Of a stretch of DNA of 64,000 bases, positions 1-9,958 are shown piece by piece; position 1 is the first letter of the stretch; each line of letters opens with the position of its first letter. The notes below the pieces were generated by a model that ran no database searches, was not told the origin of the DNA, and saw only the letters and a list, made by a program, of their open reading frames with translations. Origin of the DNA: Alphaproteobacteria bacterium (GTDB lineage Bacteria > Pseudomonadota > Alphaproteobacteria > UBA8366); the NCBI GenBank assembly GCA_021774335.1, contig JAJFJD010000047.1, forward strand, positions 3,321-67,320, written 5' to 3'. The position numbers and the translations under genes were made by a program.

Positions 1-46
1 TCCTTCGAGCAAAGTTGCAGGACGTAAAAGTGCCGTGAGTCGCAAA

Positions 47-814
47 TTAATTCAAGATAGCTTCTTGTGCCGTCGCGTGCAGCCGCTGTTTCTGGCATCG
101 GATCAGGCCCGGAAAGTACATTGCGCGGGACAACAGCTTGGCCCCCACCATAAAGACGATCGCGGTTACGTCGAAGCCGGGCCGGAAGTGGCTTGGCCGT
201 TGCAGTACGCTGGCGTAAAGCGCCGGGACCGGGACGCTTGCGATGGAATATCCGGCGCGGCAGGCCTCGATCAGCACTTCGCTTTCCATGACGAACCCGC
301 TGCGCCGCTGCCGGTGTAAAGGCACGCGGTTGATCAGCGAAACGGGATAGATGCGGAACCCGCATTGCGTGTCGTGAATCCAGCAGCCCGATGCCCAGGA
401 GATGAAGAAGTTTGCGGTCCGGTTTCCAAATCGGCGGATGGACGGCATTGGATCGGCCGTTGATTTCCGGGCACCGATGACCAGGGTCTCTGCCTCGGCC
501 TTCTTCAGCAGTTCCGGGATGTATTCCGGCGGGTGCTGGCCGTCCGCATCGATCGATATGACGAATTCGGACCCCAACCGGCGAGCCGCCTCGATACCCG
601 ACAGAAGGCTGGCGCCCTTGCCGCGGTTTACCGGGTGCCGCACGATATGCACATCGAGCCCGCTCAAGGTTTCCGCGGAGCCGTCGGTCGAGCCGTCATC
701 AACCACGACGACATGATCGACATACTTGGCGGTGCGCTCGGCGATGCCGGCAACGGTTTTGACTTCGTTGTAGAAGGGAATAACGGCCGTTACCGGCGGG
801 GTGTTTTCGCCCAA
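47..814 (-). CDS. Glycosyltransferase family 2 (DPM1-like), of the type found in aryl-polyene/xanthomonadin clusters
   Basis: VIPFYNE, VVVVDDGSTDGS, NRGKG, IDADGQH (DxD) and DTQCGFR motifs. Confidence 0.9.
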   Translation of the reverse strand: MGENTPPVTAVIPFYNEVKTVAGIAERTAKYVDHVVVVDDGSTDGSAETLSGLDVHIVRHPVNRGKGASLLSGIEAARRLGSEFVISIDADGQHPPEYIPELLKKAEAETLVIGARKSTADPMPSIRRFGNRTANFFISWASGCWIHDTQCGFRIYPVSLINRVPLHRQRRSGFVMESEVLIEACRAGYSIASVPVPALYASVLQRPSHFRPGFDVTAIVFMVGAKLLSRAMYFPGLIRCQKQRLHATAQEAILN

Positions 815-822
815 ATCAGCCT

Positions 823-2142
823 CTACGATCTCTCGGCGACTTCGTCATCGGCCATGATGATCGACCGGAACCGGCGGCGGCGGTCTTCCCATTTCCGGCT
901 GCGCTTGAGCGCAACCAGCGTGGAAGCGCCGAACAGCAATCGGAAGATGCCGAGACGCCAACTCAACCCGCCGCGTCGATAAATATCGCCAGCCAACAAG
1001 GAGACCACCGCCGCTCGGACGCCGAGAACGTTTCTTGGTCCCATGAACAGGGTGCGCATCGCGGGGGTGTTGAATCGATAGATGAACCAGGAATAACGGG
1101 CGATCCCGCGATCGATGCGTCGTTGATACGTGCGCAGGTATCGGGTCGCGCGTTTCGGCCAGTCGAGGCCTTTGTCGATGGCATCCGCCGCCAATTCGGC
1201 GCTGCTCATCGCCAGGAACACGCCGCTGGAAAACACCGGATCGATGAAGGCATAGGCGTCGCCCAGTAACAGGTAGCGTTCGCCGAAGGCCTCGGTCGCC
1301 GAATAGCTATAGTTCCCGGCGGCGCGGATCGGCGTAGCCGCCTCCGCGTCTTTCAGGTGATCCCAAACCTTTGGGCAGAGACGCAGCGTTTGGAAAAAGA
1401 ACTCGTCAAGCGGCCCTTCGCGGGATTTGAGGTAATCCGGCATGCAGACGGCGCCGACGCTGGTCAGGCCGTCGTTCAGCGGGATCAACCAGATCCAGCC
1501 GTGCTCGAACCAGTAGATTGCGATATTTCCCGGCGTTTCCCACGCTTCGGACGGCACGGCCTTGAAATGTGCGAACATGGCGGCGCTGTTGTGTGATTTG
1601 TTGCGTTGTCGGACTTCCATGTGGCGCGCGATCAGACCGTCGCGGCCCGACGCGTCGATCACGAACCGGGCCTGGCATTCTGTCGTGCCGTCATGCGCCT
1701 CGTGTGTAAGGCGATGAGTTTTGTCATCGAAGGCGATTGCCGATACCGCACATCCTTCCCGCACCGCGACACCCTTTCGGCGGGCATTGTTGAGCAGAAT
1801 GGCATCGAACTGGGATCGCCGTACCTGATAGGAGTGGGGCGGATTTGGGTCCAAGGCGTCGCTGAATAGGAAGCATTGGCGGGAGTCGTGGTCAGGTGAA
1901 ACGAATTCCGCCCCCGGCTTATGGATGCCGATGGCCTTGACGGCGTCCAACACGCCGAGACGCTCCAGGATCGGAATGTTCTTGGGTAGCAGCGATTCAC
2001 CGATGTGAAAGCGCGGGTGGGTCGCCTTTTCAAACAGGGCCACGTTGCGGCCCCGTTGCGCCAGCAGGGCCGCGACGGTGGCGCCGGCAGGGCCGCCGCC
2101 GATTACGGCGACATCATAGGGAGCTGTTTCCTCGGTTTGCAT
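823..2142 (-). CDS. FAD-dependent oxidoreductase, flavin-dependent halogenase-like (XanJ-like)
   Basis: GGGPAG dinucleotide fold, HPRFHIGESLLP, Lys in GIHKPGAEF, halogenase WxWxIP motif (GWIWLIP), GDAYAFIDPVFSSGV; start trimmed to ATG at 2142. Confidence 0.8.
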   Translation of the reverse strand: MQTEETAPYDVAVIGGGPAGATVAALLAQRGRNVALFEKATHPRFHIGESLLPKNIPILERLGVLDAVKAIGIHKPGAEFVSPDHDSRQCFLFSDALDPNPPHSYQVRRSQFDAILLNNARRKGVAVREGCAVSAIAFDDKTHRLTHEAHDGTTECQARFVIDASGRDGLIARHMEVRQRNKSHNSAAMFAHFKAVPSEAWETPGNIAIYWFEHGWIWLIPLNDGLTSVGAVCMPDYLKSREGPLDEFFFQTLRLCPKVWDHLKDAEAATPIRAAGNYSYSATEAFGERYLLLGDAYAFIDPVFSSGVFLAMSSAELAADAIDKGLDWPKRATRYLRTYQRRIDRGIARYSWFIYRFNTPAMRTLFMGPRNVLGVRAAVVSLLAGDIYRRGGLSWRLGIFRLLFGASTLVALKRSRKWEDRRRRFRSIIMADDEVAERS

Positions 2143-2252
2143 CACCCTTTTTTTATACCGCATCCGTGACAAGAGGCTATCGGAAACAGATACCGCCCTC
2201 TATCATTCCGCAGGATTGCACCGCAGCGCCGGGAAAATGTCAGGGCAGGGAT

Positions 2253-3014
2253 GTGACGTTGCAAGTGGATGAGAATCGCGTCGCGCCGCATCCGGTGTTG
2301 TCGCGCTACTATACCGACGAGGCGCAGCGTCAGCGGTATCTAAAATCGGCATTCCAAGAAACCGCCGAGCATTACGACAGCATTAACAATTGGATGAGTT
2401 TCGGCTCGGACCGCTGGTATCGCCGTCAGGCGCTGGTCCGGTCGGGCTTGCAGGCCGGCATGCGCATGGCCGATGTGGGCTGCGGCACCGGGCTGGTGTC
2501 CGGCATTGCACGGGAAATCGTCGGACCGTCCGGCCATGTCTTCAGCATCGACCCGAGCCTGGGCATGATTTCCGAAGCGGTCGCGGGCGGCCGCACCATC
2601 GCTCCTGTCGTGGGCAAGGCGGAGGCGCTGCCGATCGCCGACGAGTCGGTCGATTTCTTGTGCATGGGCTTTGCGCTGCGGCATGTCGCCGATCTGGAAG
2701 TGACCTTCCGCGAATACCTGCGGCTCTTGAAGCCGGGGGGCAAGCTTCTGCTCATGGAATTGACGCCGCCGCGCAAAGGGTTCGTGCGGTTCTGCCTCAA
2801 GACGCATATGCGGTATGTGGTGCCGGTCCTGACACGGGTCTTTACCGGCAGCAAGGCGGCGACACTCTTGTACGAGTATTGCTGGGATACGTTCGATATG
2901 TGCGTGCCGCCGGAAAAGGTCGTATCGACCCTCGCCGCGGTCGGGTTCGAAGGACCGTCGCAGCATGTCGTCATTCGGGTGTTCAGCGAATATACGGCGC
3001 ACAAACCGGCGTAA
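2253..3014 (+). CDS. Class I SAM-dependent methyltransferase (UbiE/MenG-like)
   Basis: YDSINNWMSFG, DVGCGTG, GFALRHV, LKPGG; start uncertain (GTG 2253 chosen). Confidence 0.85.
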   Translation: MTLQVDENRVAPHPVLSRYYTDEAQRQRYLKSAFQETAEHYDSINNWMSFGSDRWYRRQALVRSGLQAGMRMADVGCGTGLVSGIAREIVGPSGHVFSIDPSLGMISEAVAGGRTIAPVVGKAEALPIADESVDFLCMGFALRHVADLEVTFREYLRLLKPGGKLLLMELTPPRKGFVRFCLKTHMRYVVPVLTRVFTGSKAATLLYEYCWDTFDMCVPPEKVVSTLAAVGFEGPSQHVVIRVFSEYTAHKPA

Positions 3015-3025
3015 CGGCTGCCGAT

Positions 3026-4024
3026 TTACGTCGATAGAGCGCCTTCGATCTCGAACAACAGGTCCAGCCGGCAAATTTCCGCTTGCAGATACATGACCTG
3101 CGCCCCGTCGCCGAGCCGCTGGGTGACAATGTCCCGCACGGCGGGAAAATCTTTCGCGTGCCGGATGTAGGCTTTGAAAAAGCGTTGGGACGACGCGGCG
3201 AAGGGCTTGTGCGCCGCTTGTTCGGCGGTTCCGATTACCTTTTCGACGTTGTCGAGCGCCAGGCCCACCTGCGCCGTCAGGTCGCCGACATGTTGGGTGG
3301 CGTGACCGGTGATGCTGGCAGTGCCGGAAATGAATAGGTCCGTCCCGGCGTCCCACCGTTTTAGGAGCGCCCGGGAGAAGGATGGGCTGCGCGGACCGTA
3401 TTCCGATGGGTAGTGGAAGGCGCTCATCTGGTTCGGGTTCTCCACCGGGATACCGGGTGCCTGCGCGGCAAGACAGTATACGTTCAGTCCGCCGCGGGTC
3501 GCGCCGAGTGCGCTGGCGGCGGGATAGAATTCTGCCAGATCAGGGCGGAGTGCGGCGAAGGCGTCGTGCCGGCCGGCGCAGAAATGCCGATACCGTTCGA
3601 GGCCGCGCAAATCCGCGTTCACATTCTCGACCGTATTCCACACGCGCAGGATATGCGGATAGCCGCGCGCCTGTAACAATCGGACGAGTCCGCTGTACAG
3701 ATCGAGGGAACGTTTCGCCAGGGGGATGTCCGGGTCTTCGACGGACCGGCATGCCGCGAAAATGAGGTCATCGGTGATCGCCAGGTCGAATGTGTTGTCG
3801 CGCTCGTACTTTGGCGGTGTCGTGGCGAAGAAAGCCTCGATTGTCGGCGAGGCGTCGAACGGGTCGAGGCCGCTGTGGACCTGCGGCCAGGGATCGGCGG
3901 ACGGGCCGTGATCGCCATGCATGACCGTCGCCAACGGCCACGCGCCGTCTGGGACCGGTTGGTCCCGATATGCGTCTTCGCTCAGGTACCGCCATCCGAT
4001 AGGGCGGTTTGGAGGGTGATTCAC
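3026..4024 (-). CDS. Chorismatase, FkbO/Hyg5/XanB2 family (hydroxybenzoate-forming)
   Basis: LRVWN, ERYRHFCAGR, YPAASALG, ENPNQMSAFHYPSEYGPRSPSFSRA, FISGTASITGH, ICRLDLLFEIE. Confidence 0.85.
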   Translation of the reverse strand: MNHPPNRPIGWRYLSEDAYRDQPVPDGAWPLATVMHGDHGPSADPWPQVHSGLDPFDASPTIEAFFATTPPKYERDNTFDLAITDDLIFAACRSVEDPDIPLAKRSLDLYSGLVRLLQARGYPHILRVWNTVENVNADLRGLERYRHFCAGRHDAFAALRPDLAEFYPAASALGATRGGLNVYCLAAQAPGIPVENPNQMSAFHYPSEYGPRSPSFSRALLKRWDAGTDLFISGTASITGHATQHVGDLTAQVGLALDNVEKVIGTAEQAAHKPFAASSQRFFKAYIRHAKDFPAVRDIVTQRLGDGAQVMYLQAEICRLDLLFEIEGALST

Positions 4025-4040
4025 GGGACGCCGTCGCGGG

Positions 4041-4460
4041 CTAGGCCGCCGATCCTTGCGCTTTCAACCTGGAGACGGATGTCTGGATGGACTCTTCCAG
4101 TTCGCTCACCATGTCGTTGTAGGTGTGGTGGATGAATCGTCCATCGTAGCCCATGGCCTGGCTATCCTTGTATCGAATGCTGAAGGTCTTCGGGTCATAG
4201 GAAACGGTGACGGCGACATTGTGCTTACCCGCGCCCCAGGCACGCTTGGCGACGAAGCTACCGGGTTTGACGTTGCTGATCTGCCAGCCTCGTCCCGTCG
4301 CCGAAGATTCGATGGCTGCCTGCATCTGCGCAAGCGTGACGCCTTTCTGTGGTCCGTAGCCATATCCAACCGAGTCCACGCGGTGAATCTCCCCGCCACA
4401 AGCGGCGACCAAGACCAAAAGACCAAGAATTATTCCAAAGCGTTGAAAACCATGTGTCAT
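4041..4460 (-). CDS. Putative lipoprotein (paralog of 5624..6025)
   Basis: Signal peptide with lipobox LVAAC; RGW, GKH and IHHTYN motifs shared with the paralog. Confidence 0.75.
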   Translation of the reverse strand: MTHGFQRFGIILGLLVLVAACGGEIHRVDSVGYGYGPQKGVTLAQMQAAIESSATGRGWQISNVKPGSFVAKRAWGAGKHNVAVTVSYDPKTFSIRYKDSQAMGYDGRFIHHTYNDMVSELEESIQTSVSRLKAQGSAA

Positions 4461-4792
4461 TTCCCGACCCCTCTAATGGTTGACGGCACATAGCGGGCAC
4501 GGCCATGGGATGCATACCGAAGGCAGCGGCATCATAGCAACGTTGATTGCTAATGTCGCCGCCGTCGAAGAAATTGAAATTTAGGGGTGTATTTTAATGA
4601 CAAGTTACTATTTATGACAGCAGGTCGGTCGATATCATCTATGGCGTCTGACTGAGTCCGGAATGGTCCCAGCCGCCGCGGGATGCCGCCAAATCTGCGG
4701 CGTTGCCAGGGTGGCAGGCGAACGTGCATAACCAGTGCGGTATCAGGGGCATGCTTGGGGCGGCTAGCCCGACATGATGACGGTAACGAGAT

Positions 4793-5476
4793 ATGAGAGA
4801 TTTGATGATTCGGCAGATTGCGCAGATTTTAGTCGTCGTCGCGGCCTTTGCCGCGCCCCTGGTGGTCGCGATACCGGCCTCCGCCAATCCGGACATCGCC
4901 CGCGCGAAACAATTCATCACGGACGGGGTGCTCCGCACCGCTAAGATTCTGCGCCAGCACGATCGCACGCGTACGGAAATCGCCGATGACCTGCGCGTCG
5001 AGTTCCGGCGCGGTTTCGATGTCCCGACGATCGCGAACTTCGTCTTGGGCCCCGTGCGGGACAAATTGTCCGCGGAACAGAAACGCCTCTATATGCGTGA
5101 GTTCGAGGAGTTGATCGTCCAGACCTATACGAACCGGGTCATCTATTTCGGGCCGCGCGTCGATTCCGATATCAGCGACATCATCCGCTTTACCAGTCAC
5201 CGGATGGTCAAAAAGGACCAGATCATCCTGCGCAGCCAGATTAACCGGGAGGGCGCGGACTGGGTCAAGATCAACTGGCGGTTGCGCGAACGCGACGGCC
5301 GGCTCGCCATCATCGACATTACCCTTCTCGGAATCAGCCAGGCCCAGCTCTACCGGTCCGAAATCGCCGCCGTCATCAAACGCAATGGGCGCGGGGCCGA
5401 TGGGTTGATCGATGCTCTACGGGCGAAAACGGCGGAAATCCGCAAAGGCAAAGTGACGCGCGCTTCCAGCCCTTGA
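4793..5476 (+). CDS. MlaC/Ttg2D-family periplasmic lipid-binding protein
   Basis: Signal peptide, FDVPTIANFVLG, INWRLR...IIDITLLGIS...YRSEI pattern. Confidence 0.75.
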   Translation: MRDLMIRQIAQILVVVAAFAAPLVVAIPASANPDIARAKQFITDGVLRTAKILRQHDRTRTEIADDLRVEFRRGFDVPTIANFVLGPVRDKLSAEQKRLYMREFEELIVQTYTNRVIYFGPRVDSDISDIIRFTSHRMVKKDQIILRSQINREGADWVKINWRLRERDGRLAIIDITLLGISQAQLYRSEIAAVIKRNGRGADGLIDALRAKTAEIRKGKVTRASSP

Positions 5477-5537
5477 GCCACGCCGCGGCTGCTGTCGCGG
5501 CCCATTGTCGCGCGGGGCGATCGGGCCAGCCGTAACT

Positions 5538-5552
5538 TTAAGAACATGTTAA
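5538..5552. promoter_or_regulatory. CtrA-type binding box TTAA-N7-TTAA
   Basis: TTAA GAACATG TTAA about 70 nt upstream of the lipoprotein ATG at 5624. Confidence 0.45.
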
Positions 5553-5623
5553 GCTAGTGGAATATCAATGCTACATTGTGAATTGTAGCTATCCGATCTT
5601 CCATTAAAAGGGATATCCAATCG

Positions 5624-6025
5624 ATGAAGGGTCCTCTTCTCCGGGCGCTCCCCGTTTTCCTCGGCATCTTGTTCCTCGCGGCCTGCTCGGCGGAACAGAT
5701 GCATAAAGTCAATAATGTCGACTACGGCTATTACACCAAGAAGTCACTGACGATGGAGAAGGTCCGCCCAACCATCGAGCGGACCGCCACGCGGAACGGC
5801 TGGCAGCTTAGCAATCAGAAAGACGGTTCTTTCATGGGCAAGCGCGAGTGGGGCGGCGGCAAGCACAACATCGTGGTCGATGTGCTCTACGATCTGCGGA
5901 AGTTTAGCATCAACTACCGCGACAGCCATCAAATGAGATACGACGGTTCGTGGATTCATAACTCCTATAACCGCATGGTCCAGAAACTCGAAGAAGACAT
6001 CTCTGCCGCCGTGAACGCGCTCTAG
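5624..6025 (+). CDS. Putative lipoprotein (paralog of 4041..4460)
   Basis: Lipobox FLAAC; KREWGGGKHN...IHNSYNRMV aligns with the paralog. Confidence 0.75.
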   Translation: MKGPLLRALPVFLGILFLAACSAEQMHKVNNVDYGYYTKKSLTMEKVRPTIERTATRNGWQLSNQKDGSFMGKREWGGGKHNIVVDVLYDLRKFSINYRDSHQMRYDGSWIHNSYNRMVQKLEEDISAAVNAL

Positions 6026-6133
6026 CGCGGCCGTAATTTGCGCCACCCGCTTCCGGTCAATAGAACTATCTGCACGGAACGAAAGTGAATCGTGCGCGGT
6101 CGGCGCGCGGATTTCGGGCAAAAGGGGTGCGCG

Positions 6134-7477
6134 ATGGCTACTGTTACCGAACCGGCCCGTGAAACGCCGTTGGTCGCCGAGGCCGAGGTCGTGGTGCTTG
6201 GCGGGGGACCGGCCGGGATCGCCGCCGCGGTCGCCGCGTCGCGCACCGGCGCGCGGACTCTCCTGCTCGAACGCTATGGGTTTCTCGGCGGCATGGGGAC
6301 CGCGGCGATGGTCACCAACTTCTGCGGTCTGCACGCCCATATCAACGGCAGCATCCAACAGGTCGTTCGTGGCGTCGCCGACGATATCCTTGAGCGTCTG
6401 GACCGGCTCGATGGGCTGAACCCGCCACATCCGGTCAAGGATCCGGCAGGCGGGCCGGGCACGGCGGCACAGGCCTATGACACGTCTGCCTACAAGCTAG
6501 CCGCCGACGATCTGCTGCAGTCGGCCGGCGTCGATCTCCGGTTTCATGCGATCGCCGTCGGGATCGCGATGGAGGACGACGGAATCGATGCGGTGTTGAT
6601 CGAAACCAAGTCGGGCCGCGCCGCGATCCGGGGCGAGATGTTCATCGATGCGTCCGGCGACGCGGACCTCGCCCATTGGGCCGGTGCCCCGTGTGCGAAA
6701 GGCAATGCCGACGGGTTCATGGCCTACCCGACGACGATGTTCCGGCTCGCCAACGTGGACGACGACCGCGCGATGACCGAAGGGAAGCCGAACCTCTCCG
6801 CGCTGATTGCCGAAGCGGAGGGTGACTACGATCTGCCGCGCAAGACCGGCATTATCAATCCACAGGCCCATAAGGGTGAGTGGCGCGCCAACCTGACGCA
6901 GATCAGCCGTGACGGCGCGCCGATCGACGGCAGCGACTGGGACGACCTGAGTTATGCGGAAACCGAGGGCCGACGACAGGTGCAGGAATACTTCCGCTTC
7001 CTGAGGGACCGGGTGCCCGGATTCGAGAATGCGTATTTGCTGGAGACCGCGCCGCAGATCGGTATCCGCGAGACCCGCCGCATCGTCGGCAAGACGGTGT
7101 TATCCGGCGAGGATGTGCTGTCCTGCCGCGATTTCGACGACCGTATCGGCTGCAACGGCTGGCCGCTCGAACAGCATCAGAAGGGCGTGACGAAGTGGTC
7201 CTTCCTGCGCGGGCGCGGCTATCACCAAATCCCCTACAGCATCTCCTTGCCCGACGGTGTAGCCAACCTTCTGGTGGCCGGACGGTGCGCATCGACGACG
7301 CAGGACGGGCAGGCGTCGTTGCGGGTCAGCGGGCCCTGTTTTGCGATGGGTCAGGCGGTCGGCACCGCGGCGGCAATGGCGCGGCAGGCAGGCGCCACGC
7401 CGGCCACGCTCGATGTCGCGGCGCTTCAGGACCGGCTGATCGCCGACGGGGCCTTTCTCGGCGACGCATCGATCTAG
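6134..7477 (+). CDS. FAD-dependent oxidoreductase (FAD_oxidored family)
   Basis: VVVLGGGPAGIAAA, ERYGFLGGMGT, FIDASGDADL, IGIRETRRIVG, NLLVAGRC, AMGQAVG; start at ATG 6134. Confidence 0.85.
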   Translation: MATVTEPARETPLVAEAEVVVLGGGPAGIAAAVAASRTGARTLLLERYGFLGGMGTAAMVTNFCGLHAHINGSIQQVVRGVADDILERLDRLDGLNPPHPVKDPAGGPGTAAQAYDTSAYKLAADDLLQSAGVDLRFHAIAVGIAMEDDGIDAVLIETKSGRAAIRGEMFIDASGDADLAHWAGAPCAKGNADGFMAYPTTMFRLANVDDDRAMTEGKPNLSALIAEAEGDYDLPRKTGIINPQAHKGEWRANLTQISRDGAPIDGSDWDDLSYAETEGRRQVQEYFRFLRDRVPGFENAYLLETAPQIGIRETRRIVGKTVLSGEDVLSCRDFDDRIGCNGWPLEQHQKGVTKWSFLRGRGYHQIPYSISLPDGVANLLVAGRCASTTQDGQASLRVSGPCFAMGQAVGTAAAMARQAGATPATLDVAALQDRLIADGAFLGDASI

Positions 7478-7483
7478 GACGGG

Positions 7484-8608
7484 CTAGCCGCCGTCGGTTG
7501 GCCGCCGCGGCAGTTGAACGACCGCCCACCCTTTCGCCGTCACTTGATCGCGTTGATCACGCGCCCGGATGTCGAGCCGAAGCCGGCCGCGGTCCGCATC
7601 GATTTCGGTGCATTCGGTGACGGTGCCTTCGCAATAGGTCACGTCGCCGACGAGATTGAAGCGGCGGATTTCGCAATACAGTTCTTCCAGGAAACCGTGA
7701 TCGCCGATCCAGTTGGTCAGCATCGTCGCGATCCAGGCGATGCGCTCCGGGCCGTAGTCGTAGGCTTCCGGCACGCCGACACTGCGCGCCAACTCGCCGT
7801 CCCAATGGACCGCCTCGGGCGGCTCCGGCACGCCGTACGCGTTGGGTATGCCGGCGGCGGGATGACGGTCCAGATAGTCGTACCAGTAGCCATGCGCCTT
7901 GACGAACAAACCGCCCCAGGCCTGTTCGAAGGCGACGGCCGTGGTTGCCGAATAGGGCCCGCGCACGATCGATTGCGCGTCCGTCCCGACCGGCACATCC
8001 TCCCAATACAATGGGTCGTCGCCGCGGCATTGTTCCTTCGCGTAGAGTTTGGTGACCTCTTCGATCAGGTCCTGCGACACCGGTTCGGGCCGCAGCATCT
8101 TGTATTTGCCTTTCTCGCGCGCGGTGTCGCGCTCAGTGCGCATGCCCCAGGATTCAGATGTGGCGACTTCCAGTCCGTCATTGGTGACGAAGCGGATGTC
8201 CGAGACCTGCTTGAACATGCGGCGGGCGAAACGGCTCTTCAATTCGTCGAGCTTGGTGAAGGTGACTTCGGCGGTGATCGCCTGCCCGAGCCGGATTGGC
8301 TCCTTCCAGCGCCACCACGAGCCTCCGAACATGGAATGTACGCCCGGCAGACCGCCGCGATAGCCGATCGAGATTCGGCTGAACGCGTACAACATGCAGG
8401 GCGGCGCCACCAGGCCGCCGGCCGGTGACTGTTTGGCATAGCCCTCGTCCAGGTAAAGCTTGTTGCGGTCGCCGGTCGCCCAGGCCCAATGGCGGATCGC
8501 GTCACGGGTCACCTCCGTCAGATGCGGCGGTTCCCGGATTTCCATGCGTTGCCCCAGCCGGGCGCGTAGCCGTTCAAGTTCTTCTTCGGTTGCTATGCCA
8601 TGCGCCAC
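7484..8608 (-). CDS. Double hot-dog (MaoC-like) acyl-CoA dehydratase
   Basis: DAIRHWAWATGDRNKLY, AVHWD...VGVPEAYDYGPER, two MaoC-like halves. Confidence 0.75.
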   Translation of the reverse strand: MAHGIATEEELERLRARLGQRMEIREPPHLTEVTRDAIRHWAWATGDRNKLYLDEGYAKQSPAGGLVAPPCMLYAFSRISIGYRGGLPGVHSMFGGSWWRWKEPIRLGQAITAEVTFTKLDELKSRFARRMFKQVSDIRFVTNDGLEVATSESWGMRTERDTAREKGKYKMLRPEPVSQDLIEEVTKLYAKEQCRGDDPLYWEDVPVGTDAQSIVRGPYSATTAVAFEQAWGGLFVKAHGYWYDYLDRHPAAGIPNAYGVPEPPEAVHWDGELARSVGVPEAYDYGPERIAWIATMLTNWIGDHGFLEELYCEIRRFNLVGDVTYCEGTVTECTEIDADRGRLRLDIRARDQRDQVTAKGWAVVQLPRRPTDGG

Positions 8609-9868
8609 TTAACTGTCTCCATCATTGGAAGATTCGATGATGCCACTCTTCAAGAGGTCGTTGACCTGGGCGTCGTCGTATCCCAGGACGTCTTGCAAGA
8701 TGGTTCGTGAATCCGCACCGAGCGTCGGGGCGGCCCGCCAGGAGAATTGGAACGGGTCATTGAGGAACTGGATCGGTGAGCCGACGACGTCGACCTTGCC
8801 GGCCTTGGGGTGATCGGTCGTTTTGATTAGGTCCCGGGCTTTAACCGCGGGATGGGTTAGCGCGTCGCCCACGGAATTCACGGGAGAATGCGGCACGTCG
8901 CCGGCATCCAGAATCTCATGCCATTCGGCCATCGTTTTTTCCGCCAGAATATCGATCACGATGGGTTCCAGGATCGTGCGGTTGGCGTGCCGGTCCGCGG
9001 TTTGGCGGAACCGGTCGTCGTCGATCAGCTCGGGGCGGCCGACGGCGTGGCAGAAGTTGCGCCAGAACCCGCCGACATGCAGCGCCAGCACAATGTGGCC
9101 ATCCTTCACCGGATACCGGCCATACGGCACGATGCTGTGGTGGCTGCTGCCGACCCTGCCCGGACTTTCGCCGGTCACGAGATGGATTTCGGCGAGATAC
9201 CCAAGCAACCCGATCAAGCCGTCGAGCATGCTGAGATCCACATGCAGACCCTCGCCCGTCGCGGTGCGGTGCTGCAGCGCGGCCAACACGGCGATGGCGC
9301 CCCACAACCCGCCGCCGACATCGCCCATGGGAATGCCGAGCTTGGTCGGCGGGCCATCGGGCTCGCCGTTGATGCTCATGACGCCGCTCAATGCCTGGGT
9401 TACAAGGTCGAAGGACGGCTTGGTCGACATTGGCCCGGTTTGGCCGAAGCCGGTAATCGAACAGATGATGAGATCGGATTTGGCGGCGCGCAGCGTGTCG
9501 TAGCCCAGGCCCAACCGGTCCATCACGCCGGGGCGGAAATTCTCCAGCACGATATCCGCCTGTGCCGCCAGGCCGAGCGCGATGTCGCGGCCTTCCGGCG
9601 TCTTGAGGTCGACCGCCACGCTGGTCTTGTTGCGGTTGATCGCCATGTAGTAGTGGCTTTCGCCGCCGACATACGGCGGGATCGACCGCGTCTGATCGCC
9701 GTGGCCCAGTTCCTCGATCTTCCAGACTTCCGCGCCCATGTCGGCGAGGATCATCGAGCAGAACGGTCCGGTGAGAACCCGGCTCAGGTCCAATACGCGG
9801 ATACCGTGAAGCGGTCCCTGCCGCGGCGCCGCGGATGCGCCGTCCTTCTTTTTATCTGTCGTCGCCAC
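8609..9868 (-). CDS. Class III CoA transferase (CaiB/BaiF family)
   Basis: PLHGIRVLDLSRVLTGPF, NRNK, ENFRPGVMDRLGL, SITGFGQTGP, catalytic Asp in PMGDVGGG; GTG start 9868 after AGGAG. Confidence 0.9.
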   Translation of the reverse strand: MATTDKKKDGASAAPRQGPLHGIRVLDLSRVLTGPFCSMILADMGAEVWKIEELGHGDQTRSIPPYVGGESHYYMAINRNKTSVAVDLKTPEGRDIALGLAAQADIVLENFRPGVMDRLGLGYDTLRAAKSDLIICSITGFGQTGPMSTKPSFDLVTQALSGVMSINGEPDGPPTKLGIPMGDVGGGLWGAIAVLAALQHRTATGEGLHVDLSMLDGLIGLLGYLAEIHLVTGESPGRVGSSHHSIVPYGRYPVKDGHIVLALHVGGFWRNFCHAVGRPELIDDDRFRQTADRHANRTILEPIVIDILAEKTMAEWHEILDAGDVPHSPVNSVGDALTHPAVKARDLIKTTDHPKAGKVDVVGSPIQFLNDPFQFSWRAAPTLGADSRTILQDVLGYDDAQVNDLLKSGIIESSNDGDS

Positions 9869-9958
9869 GGCCTGACATCGCTCCTGTTTCGGGGACCGGA
9901 AGTTGGGCGGCACGGTTGCGCCGCGCGGCCGATATTATCGCGAAGCGGCGATCGGGGG

